From: Polyangiaceae bacterium
GTDB taxonomy: Bacteria > Myxococcota_A > Polyangia > Polyangiales > Houyiibacteriaceae
Length of the DNA: 64,000 nucleotides
Direction of reading: 5' to 3'
Assembly (NCBI GenBank): GCA_027009115.1
Contig: JALVDI010000386.1
Location: 6,700 to 70,699, forward strand
Shown here: piece after piece, positions 33,645 to 39,754 of the stretch
Layout of the letters: every line of letters starts with the position of its first letter
How positions within the stretch are numbered: the first letter of the stretch is position 1
Translations under genes and position numbers: made by a program
The notes under the pieces: model-generated
What the model saw: the letters and a program-made list of their open reading frames with translations, nothing else
Databases searched by the model: none
What the model was told of the DNA's origin: nothing

Positions 33645-33697
33645 GGACAGACAGCACGGCTGGCCAGCTTGCCCCCTTGTCCGTCTGTCTGTAAAAT
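33645..33697 (+). promoter_or_regulatory. cro-side promoter flanked by inverted ACAGACAG / CTGTCTGT repeats
   Basis: TTGCCC (33669-33674), 17 nt, TAAAAT (33692-33697), with ATG 33705 lying 7 nt after the -10 (leaderless). GGACAGACAG at 33645-33654 and CTGTCTGT at 33685-33692 bracket the -35 box. Confidence 0.55.
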
Positions 33698-33704
33698 GAG
33701 ACAC

Positions 33705-33908
33705 ATGGAGACGATCCGCCTCAGCGAAATCCACACGCGCCTGAGCGAGCTGTCCGGCGAGCAGATCCTCGAGCTCGCTCGCCGAACCGGCATCGGCCGC
33801 TCGACCCTGTACCAGTACCGCGCCAGCCCGGAGGCGCTGAAGCGGGCTCGAGGCTCCACCCTGCTGGCCATCCAGAGGGCCCTGGATGAGGTGCGCGATG
33901 CTGCCTAG
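33705..33908 (+). CDS. Cro-like small HTH protein (67 aa)
   Basis: Trimmed to METIRLSEIHTRLSELSGEQILELARRTGIGRSTLYQYR (HTH). It is divergent from the cI-like gene. Confidence 0.55.
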   Translation: METIRLSEIHTRLSELSGEQILELARRTGIGRSTLYQYRASPEALKRARGSTLLAIQRALDEVRDAA

Positions 33909-34551
33909 GGACCTGGACCCGTGGGGCGAGTGGCGCAACCCGGGCCTGAACCCCGACGTGGCCGAGTTCCTGGTGACCCACCGACCCACCTACGCGCAGT
34001 CGGTGGGTTTCATCCGAGCGGAGCGGCCGCGCGAGAACAATCATGAGGCCACCGCGTGGTGGAGCACCACCCCTGCCCGCGCGCACCTCATCAACGCGCT
34101 GCTGCGCCGGGGCGATCGCACCGTCGAGGCGGTCGAGCGGGAGCTGGGCATCCCCTCGTCCAAGATTTACTACTACCTGCGCGAGTTCCGCATGGCCTTC
34201 CAGCCCCGTCCGGGCTCGTCGGTGGTCATCATCGGCTACAGGGGCGAGTTCTACGAGGGGTGGGTGCTCAAGGACTACGGGAACGGCCGGGCGCGCCTGG
34301 TCGTGCCCGAGCACGGGGCGGTGGTCGAGGGCGAATGGAGCCGCACCAACCAGGCGTTCCGTTTGTCGCAGCCGTTACCGCGCACGGTGCCGCTTCGTGC
34401 CGCGGCGGAAAGCATGGGCGTCAAGGACTCCACGCTGCGCAAAGCCCTCAAGGCGCTGGGGGTGCCGGTCTACCAGCGGGCCCCTGTGCCGCTGCTCCAG
34501 CGCATGCTGCCTGAGCGAGCCCGCTACCTGGGAGGGCTATGGGGGAGCTAA
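33898..34551 (+). CDS. Hypothetical DNA-binding protein (two HTH-like segments)
   Basis: ATG 33898 behind GAGGTG. HTH-like segments: RTVEAVERELGIPSSKIYYYLREF and AAESMGVKDSTLRKALKALGV. Confidence 0.55.
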   Translation: MLPRDLDPWGEWRNPGLNPDVAEFLVTHRPTYAQSVGFIRAERPRENNHEATAWWSTTPARAHLINALLRRGDRTVEAVERELGIPSSKIYYYLREFRMAFQPRPGSSVVIIGYRGEFYEGWVLKDYGNGRARLVVPEHGAVVEGEWSRTNQAFRLSQPLPRTVPLRAAAESMGVKDSTLRKALKALGVPVYQRAPVPLLQRMLPERARYLGGLWGS

Positions 34552-34754
34552 TCGCGCTCATCGAGCGGCTGGATCTGGCCAATGGGCTGCCCTACCTGCT
34601 GGCGGCGCGCGCCGGTGAGCTAGATAACCCGCCGTTGATCTGGCTCCTGTGGGAAGTGGAGGGCCTGGTCGAGGGGTCCAAGCTCACCGCGAAGGGTGAG
34701 AAGGTGGTGCACCACCTTCTCGGGCTGGCCGATGCCCTGGACATAGCCATCTGA
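34539..34754 (+). CDS. Hypothetical protein (71 aa)
   Basis: Overlaps the upstream gene by 13 nt. Ordinary composition. Confidence 0.5.
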   Translation: MGELIALIERLDLANGLPYLLAARAGELDNPPLIWLLWEVEGLVEGSKLTAKGEKVVHHLLGLADALDIAI

Positions 34755-34781
34755 GACGGACAAGCAAGCAAGGGAGACTGC

Positions 34782-35252
34782 ATGTACATTCAACGGGACA
34801 GACGCACCGGGGAGCTGGGGCTCGTCCTGTGCGCTGCGGTGCTGGTGCTCACCCGCTACCGCTACGGGGGCGAGTATTGGCACATGGACATGAACGGCCT
34901 CGGCCTCGCGGCGCTTTGGCGGGCGCGGGAGCTGGAGCAGGCCGGCTACTACGTGCACCTCCGCCCAACCCGCACGGTGGTGCCCTCGCGCTGGCTGCTC
35001 GTAGCCCAGCTGCTGCTGGCGGCTTGGGTCGAGCGCGTCAGCGACCGAATCGGCCGGTGGGCAGAGGCCATATGGCACCGCAGCTGGAAGCACCACGTCC
35101 GGGCCGGCCGGCAGCTGGCACGCCGGGTCGCCTCGAGGTTGTGGCGGCGCGTGCGTGCGGCGGCCGGGGTGGCGCTTGGAGAACGACTCGAGCGCGCGGC
35201 GCCGAAACCGCGGGCATGGCCGCGGTACCGGAAGCCCTGGAAGCGGTGGTAG
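34782..35252 (+). CDS. Hypothetical protein, probably membrane-associated (156 aa)
   Basis: AAGGGAGA SD. It has hydrophobic segments (LGLVLCAAVLVLT, WLLVAQLLLAAWV) and a basic Trp/Arg-rich tail. Confidence 0.45.
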   Translation: MYIQRDRRTGELGLVLCAAVLVLTRYRYGGEYWHMDMNGLGLAALWRARELEQAGYYVHLRPTRTVVPSRWLLVAQLLLAAWVERVSDRIGRWAEAIWHRSWKHHVRAGRQLARRVASRLWRRVRAAAGVALGERLERAAPKPRAWPRYRKPWKRW

Positions 35253-35275
35253 GGAAGAGGGACAGGCAAGCCAGC

Positions 35276-35305
35276 TTGACGGCTTTGTCAGCCGTCCGGT
35301 ATCCT
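35276..35305 (+). promoter_or_regulatory. Candidate promoter upstream of 35333
   Basis: GGACAGGCAAGCCAGC-TTGACG (35276-35281), 18 nt, TATCCT (35300-35305). The spacer ends in CAGCCGTCCGG, like other promoters here. Confidence 0.4.
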
Positions 35306-35332
35306 AGACACGCAAGGCGAGGAGGTTAAGCC

Positions 35333-35587
35333 ATGAAGACACCCGAAGCAGTTCTCCAGCACGCACCCGCCGCCGCTCACGGCGCCGCGTCGGCGGCCGT
35401 GACGCTCTTGCCGGCTGACGGCTGGCGCGCCGTCTATGAAGGCGGGGACGCGCGACCGTTGGTAGCTTGGCGCTTCGTCGGAGACCGCGGCGAGGGCATC
35501 GTGCTCAACGAAGCGGGGGAGACGGTAGCGGCCCCGATGCTCCCGGGGTTCAAACGCTACCTGTACGTCCAGCGGAGGAGCGCATGA
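35333..35587 (+). CDS. Hypothetical protein (84 aa)
   Basis: GAGGAGG SD. ATGA overlap with dnaN. Confidence 0.5.
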   Translation: MKTPEAVLQHAPAAAHGAASAAVTLLPADGWRAVYEGGDARPLVAWRFVGDRGEGIVLNEAGETVAAPMLPGFKRYLYVQRRSA

Positions 35588-36654
35588 AGTTCGCCCAGGC
35601 CGTCTCACTCCTGGCGGGCCTCGTGCCTACCCGCGCCAGCAACCCGGCGCTGGGCCACATCCACCTCGATACCAAAGACGGGGTGCTCGTCGGCCGCGCG
35701 TCCAACGGGGAAGTGGACCTCGAAATCATGACGACGGAGGCGGCCCTCGAGCTGGATCCGGGCGGGGTGCTGGTGCCCCCGGCGGGGTTTGCGCGGTTTG
35801 TCGCTAGCCTGAAAGAACCTGCGCTGGGATACGACCCCGAGACGCGCGAGCTGGTCGTCAGCGGCGGCGCAGCCTCGGCCCGTTTCCGCACCGGCCGCGC
35901 CGACGACTTCCCCGAGATGCGCGCCTTTGGGGGCGAGGTTCCGCGCGTGCGCATCCCTGCCGGCGAGCTTCGCCGGGCGCTGTCCGTGCGCTTCGCAAGC
36001 TCGGCCGAAGACTACCGCGCGATCTTCCGCGGGGTGCAGTTCGAGTTCCGCGAGAAAGGCTTCCGCACCGCGGCCTCGGACGGGTTCCGCCTCGCGGTCT
36101 ACGACTTCCCCGAAAGCGAGGGCGAGGTCGAACGCCTGTTCGTCATCGCCCGAAAGTCGCTCGACGTGCTGAGCAAGCTCCTTCCCGGGGACGAGTCGCC
36201 CGTAGAGGTGGCCGTCCAAGGCCCGCAGGTGCAGTTCGTGTGGGAAGGCGTGCGCCTGGTCCTCACGGCCATGGAGGGGCAGTTTCCCGACTACGAGCGG
36301 GTCGTGCCCAAGGAGATCACCCACACCATCGAAGCGCCGCGTGACGACCTCCTGACCGCGCTCAAGCGGCTGGCGCCGCTCACGGACCCGAACACGGCCC
36401 GGGTGGACGTGCGGTTCGAGGACGGGGCCGCCACACTCACCGCCGAGGGCGACTACGGTAAGGCCAACGACCGGGTGGAGCTCCTGGCGGTCCAGGGCGA
36501 ACCCGTCCTGCAGTCGTACAACCTGCATTACCTGCAGGAGGCGCTGCAGCACGTGGACACCGATCGTGCCACCCTCGAGCTCAGCGGTCCCGTGACCCCT
36601 GCGGTCATCCGCGGAGAAAGCACCTGGAGCATCGTGGTACCGCTGCGAACCTAG
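35584..36654 (+). CDS. dnaN: DNA polymerase III beta sliding clamp homolog
   Basis: Trimmed to MKFAQAVSLLAGLVPTRASNPALGHIHLDTKDGVLVGRASNGEVDLE. The 356-aa length and the internal ...FRTAASDGFRLAV... and ...FPDYERVVP... motifs are typical of DnaN. Confidence 0.8.
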   Translation: MKFAQAVSLLAGLVPTRASNPALGHIHLDTKDGVLVGRASNGEVDLEIMTTEAALELDPGGVLVPPAGFARFVASLKEPALGYDPETRELVVSGGAASARFRTGRADDFPEMRAFGGEVPRVRIPAGELRRALSVRFASSAEDYRAIFRGVQFEFREKGFRTAASDGFRLAVYDFPESEGEVERLFVIARKSLDVLSKLLPGDESPVEVAVQGPQVQFVWEGVRLVLTAMEGQFPDYERVVPKEITHTIEAPRDDLLTALKRLAPLTDPNTARVDVRFEDGAATLTAEGDYGKANDRVELLAVQGEPVLQSYNLHYLQEALQHVDTDRATLELSGPVTPAVIRGESTWSIVVPLRT

Positions 36655-36684
36655 CGGTTAACCGGCCGTCCTACCCTCCTAGGG

Positions 36685-36724
36685 CGGTACCCCCGCGGTT
36701 CCTACCGTGGGGGTACCGTTTGTT
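36685..36724 (+). terminator. Intrinsic terminator after dnaN
   Basis: CGGTACCCCC (36685-36694), 14-nt loop, GGGGGTACCG (36709-36718), followed by TTTGTT. Confidence 0.6.
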
Positions 36725-36790
36725 ACCGCTACCCATGTACCGCTCGAGGCCGGAAAAACTCCCACGGTATCGACGCGTACGGTAGGTGCG

Positions 36791-37525
36791 ATGGGTGACC
36801 GTTCCGACGACTACATCCAGCTCCCCAACGGCGGGCGGGCGCTGCGCTGCAAGGCCACCCTCAAGAACGGCAAGCGCTGCTCCAACCCGGCCCGCAAGGG
36901 CTTCGAGGTCTGCTGGAAGCACGGCGCCGGATCGGGCAAGCGCGAAAAGGAGGGCACGCGTAAGCCCCCGGGCCGGCCGCCCGTGCATGGCCTCTACTCC
37001 AAGCACGGGCTCACCTCGATCCGGGAGCTGCGGGATCAGCTGCTCGAGCTCGGGGGAGAGCTCGACAACACCGACGCGGCGCTGGCCACCCTCAAGGCCA
37101 CCCTCGAGTGGCTGCTCAGCCTCGCGGACAACCAGAAGGACAAGGCGGAGAAGTTCGAGAAGCTGGCCGATACGCTCGCCGCGGCGGCCTCGGAGGCGAG
37201 GTCGTACGGCGACGTGGAAACGGCCGTCGAGCTGGGTCGGGACGTGCGCGCGGCCCTGCGGCTCGCCACCGAGCTGTCGTCCTGGACGGACCGCCTCGTC
37301 GAGGCCGCCCTCAAGGTGATCAACGCGGTCAAGCAGCGCGCCGAAACCCGGGCCAAGCTGGCCGAAACCAGGGCGCTCGAGCAGTTCGTCAAGCTGGCCG
37401 CGGGCGTCCGCGACATCGTTTGGGACCTGATGGACGAGGAAACCCTGAACGTCTTCGAGGACCGCTTGCGCCGGGAGCTGCTGGCCCCGAAGCGCCTGCA
37501 GCTCCCGGAACGCACGCAGGACTAG
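36791..37525 (+). CDS. Hypothetical protein with Cys-rich HGGxSTG-like N-terminus and coiled-coil C-terminus
   Basis: Trimmed to MGDRSDDY (ATG 36791), because the track start at 36707 lies inside the dnaN terminator. The motif is RCKATLKNGKRCSNPARKGFEVCWKHGAGSGKR. Confidence 0.55.
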   Translation: MGDRSDDYIQLPNGGRALRCKATLKNGKRCSNPARKGFEVCWKHGAGSGKREKEGTRKPPGRPPVHGLYSKHGLTSIRELRDQLLELGGELDNTDAALATLKATLEWLLSLADNQKDKAEKFEKLADTLAAAASEARSYGDVETAVELGRDVRAALRLATELSSWTDRLVEAALKVINAVKQRAETRAKLAETRALEQFVKLAAGVRDIVWDLMDEETLNVFEDRLRRELLAPKRLQLPERTQD

Positions 37526-37983
37526 CTCGAGCGCAGACCCAAACCGACCCAGCCCTCCTCGCCGCGTTGGTCACGCGGGAGCTCCAGGTACTGGCCGATC
37601 GCGTCCACCAGCGCGTAGCGCTCCGCCAGGCTCAGCTCCCGGACCCGCCGCAGCAGGCCCTCGCAGTCGTCCAGTCCGGCCTGCTCGCACAGGCGCTCGT
37701 GCTGCTCGGCCTCCTCGACCGTCGCCGGCACTAGGTAGATCAGCTCGGGAGCCTCCACGGACGCCATCGAGCTGAGGGCGTACGCCAGCGCCTCGAGCTC
37801 AGCAACGGAGAAGCGGTCGCGCAACCCGCGCATGGCGCGCTCGAGCATGGAGTAGTAGCGCGCGAGGTCGCGGCGCGCGATCTCAGTCGGGGTGGCGGAG
37901 CGCGCCCGCTGGACCAGGTCGGCCCCCGGACGCACGTCCGGGCTCAGCGACGTGTTAACCCGCAAGGCGTTTTTCATGGGCAT
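37522..37983 (-). CDS. Hypothetical regulator-like protein, paralog of 27679..28113
   Basis: See the paralog alignment under 27679..28113. GGAGGTG SD. The N-terminal ALRVNTSLSPDV could be an RHH beta-strand. Confidence 0.65.
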   Translation of the reverse strand: MPMKNALRVNTSLSPDVRPGADLVQRARSATPTEIARRDLARYYSMLERAMRGLRDRFSVAELEALAYALSSMASVEAPELIYLVPATVEEAEQHERLCEQAGLDDCEGLLRRVRELSLAERYALVDAIGQYLELPRDQRGEEGWVGLGLRSS

Positions 37984-38001
37984 TTCAGCACCTCCGCCGC
38001 C

Positions 38002-38031
38002 ATCCTAGCACGGTACGCGGACCGCGCGCAA
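38002..38031 (-). promoter_or_regulatory. Leftward promoter of second back-to-back pair
   Basis: The minus strand reads TTGCGC (38026-38031), 18 nt, TAGGAT (38002-38007). The spacer contains GCACGGTACGCG (38009-38020). Confidence 0.55.
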
Positions 38032-38036
38032 TAGGA

Positions 38037-38065
38037 TTGCAAGGGTACGCGTACCGTGCTACAAT
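38037..38065 (+). promoter_or_regulatory. Rightward near-consensus promoter of second back-to-back pair
   Basis: TTGCAA (38037-38042), 17 nt, TACAAT (38060-38065). The spacer contains the 12-bp palindrome GGTACGCGTACC (38044-38055) and CGCGTACCGTGC (38048-38059), which is the inverted partner of 38009-38020. Confidence 0.65.
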
Positions 38066-38085
38066 ACGGGTGTGGGAGGTATGCG

Positions 38086-38760
38086 ATGAAGAAAGCGGAA
38101 ATGAGCGCGAAACTGTTGGCGGCCCTGAGCGAGCTCGGTGACTCCTTGGCCCCGCTGCACGTGATGCTTGGCAACGAGCTCGAGCCCCGCCCGGCCTACC
38201 TGTTCCTCGGCGAGGACGAGGTGGGGTTCCGGGTGGCGTACTCCGACGGTACGCCGGAGGCCGTCTGGAACGGCCGCGTCCGTGAGTGGTCGCTCCACCC
38301 GCGGCTCTCCGCGGACGCCCTGCGCCGGTTGGCCGAAGACGACCGCGTGCTGTCCCTGCTCGAGCGCGTGGCGGCCGGCCTCAGCGTGGAGTGGGACGGC
38401 AGCAACCGCGTGGGCCGCCTCTCGCCCGACGCCGCGGCCGCCGAGGAGGAGCTGGGCGACCTGCTCGAGCGCGAGTACGGGCTCGACGGCGACCTGGTGC
38501 CGTCCTACGACGCCGATGAGGTTGTCTGGGGCGTGAACGTGCCGTCGCGCGAAAAGCTCGCTGAGGTCTGGCCCCCGGAAAAATCCCTCGACGAGGCCGT
38601 GAGTGCGCTGGAAGAGCTGGCCCGGTCTGAGGGCTTTCTCGTCCGCGGCGACCTCGAGCGGGTGCTCCTGGACGCCCTGGAATCGCTGGGCGACGAAGAC
38701 CCCGACGCCCTCACGGGCGAGCACCGGCGGGAGTACGAAGCGCGCTTCGCCGCGGCCTGA
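38086..38760 (+). CDS. Highly acidic hypothetical protein (224 aa)
   Basis: Trimmed to MKKAEMSAKLL (ATG 38086) behind GGGAGG. Asp/Glu-rich throughout (for example DAAAAEEELGDLLEREYGLDGDLVPSYDADE). Confidence 0.6.
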   Translation: MKKAEMSAKLLAALSELGDSLAPLHVMLGNELEPRPAYLFLGEDEVGFRVAYSDGTPEAVWNGRVREWSLHPRLSADALRRLAEDDRVLSLLERVAAGLSVEWDGSNRVGRLSPDAAAAEEELGDLLEREYGLDGDLVPSYDADEVVWGVNVPSREKLAEVWPPEKSLDEAVSALEELARSEGFLVRGDLERVLLDALESLGDEDPDALTGEHRREYEARFAAA

Positions 38761-38778
38761 TCCGGTCTCGACTCCTCA

Positions 38779-38804
38779 AAGGCCGCCCTGGGAAGGGCGG
38801 CCTT
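38779..38804. terminator. Hairpin terminator after 38086..38760
   Basis: AAGGCCGCCC-tgggaa-GGGCGGCCTT, a perfect 10-bp stem. Confidence 0.6.
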
Positions 38805-38894
38805 GCTCATGGGCCCGCCACCGGGACGGCTTTGTGCGCGTGTGGGGCGCAGCTTCCATTGTTCACCGGCCTTTACTAAAATCTATATCGGTAC

Positions 38895-39077
38895 TCAAAA
38901 ATGTATCAAAAGCCAAAATACAAGAAGAGCAATCGTAAGGAAAATCAGACCCGTAAGCCCTGTCCAGACCGCCACCCTGGCCTCTTCGAGCGCGTGTCGC
39001 TCCTGCTGCAGATAGCGCGCCTGGTGGTGGCCCTCCTGCAACTCCTGCTGCGCTGATGGTCTGGTGTTACAGACCAC
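38895..39077 (-). CDS. Possible small tail-anchored membrane peptide (60 aa from GTG, or 26 aa from internal GTG)
   Basis: C-terminal TM segment TGLTGLIFLTIALLVFWLLIHF, encoded in an unusually AT-rich patch. An alternative GTG (VAVWTGL...) lies behind GAGG. No strong SD at the long start. Confidence 0.3.
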   Translation of the reverse strand: MVCNTRPSAQQELQEGHHQARYLQQERHALEEARVAVWTGLTGLIFLTIALLVFWLLIHF

Positions 39078-39105
39078 GCAGCAAGCATGTTGGCTGGACC
39101 GTCTA

Positions 39106-39137
39106 ATATTCCCGCTAATAGAAATAAACGGGAATAT
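39106..39137. repeat. Inverted repeat ATATTCCCG / CGGGAATAT with A/T-rich 14-nt spacer
   Basis: Arms at 39106-39114 and 39129-39137. It lies in the noncoding region upstream of the RuvC-like/terminase genes. Confidence 0.5.
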
Positions 39138-39140
39138 CCC

Positions 39141-39179
39141 GGAACCTTACACCCCGAGGCCCTGCGGGTGTAAGGTTCC
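39141..39179. repeat. Conserved hairpin element, copy B (14-bp perfect stem)
   Basis: GGAACCTTACACCC (39141-39154), 11-nt loop, GGGTGTAAGGTTCC (39166-39179). Its reverse complement matches copy A at 27102-27136. Confidence 0.6.
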
Positions 39180-39235
39180 CGCCCTGGGCGTCCCGGGCGG
39201 CCGCTTCTGACCGCCCCCGCGCCTAGCGTGGGGGT

Positions 39236-39754
39236 ATGAGCCCTGCGCATCGCATCTACGCCGTGGACCCCGGGGGCACCACCGGGCACGCCGTCGTCGA
39301 AGGGGGAACCGTGCGTATGGCGGGCGCCGTCCCGCGCTCCGACGCCCTCGAGGTCCTGACGGCCGCCTTCGTGGACTACCGCCCGCACCTGGTGGTGCTC
39401 GAGGGCTGGGAGAATCAGGGCCGCCGCCCGAACATCCACGCCGCCTACGCCAATCAGGTCCTGGGGTACGTCAAGGCCCTAGCCCACGTCTACAAGGTGC
39501 CGCTCGTCGAGACCTACGCCTCGGTCTGGAAGCCCGCCATGCGGGCCGGCGCCATGGCGATCCCCGGGGACCGCTACGGGGTGCCGACGGTGCGCAAGGA
39601 AAGCCGGGCGCTCGCCCTGCGGCTCGCCCTCGAGCTCGGCGGCTGGCCGGCGGACACCTTCGAGGGCCTGCCCCGGCGCGACTGGCCGCACGTCATTGAC
39701 GCGCTCGCCCTGGCCGTCTGGGGGTGGAAGTATGGCGCCCGCCCTCGAGCCTGA
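39236..39754 (+). CDS. RuvC-like Holliday junction resolvase
   Basis: IYAVDPGGTTGHAV (first Asp), HLVVLEGW (Glu) and HVIDALALAVWG (C-terminal Asp). 172 aa. GGGGG SD. Confidence 0.7.
   Translation: MSPAHRIYAVDPGGTTGHAVVEGGTVRMAGAVPRSDALEVLTAAFVDYRPHLVVLEGWENQGRRPNIHAAYANQVLGYVKALAHVYKVPLVETYASVWKPAMRAGAMAIPGDRYGVPTVRKESRALALRLALELGGWPADTFEGLPRRDWPHVIDALALAVWGWKYGARPRA

Noticed and set aside
36707-36790. Track start at 36707 for the HGGxSTG-like gene.
   Set aside because: That start lies inside the stem of the dnaN terminator hairpin (36685-36724). ATG 36791 is used instead.
38803-39439. Track ORFs 38803..39015 (+) and 38945..39439 (-) across the AT-rich islet and the RuvC-like gene.
   Set aside because: Their translations have a Cys/Arg-rich or Arg/Gly/Pro-rich nonsense-like composition. 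They overlap the hairpins and the well-supported RuvC-like gene on the other strand.
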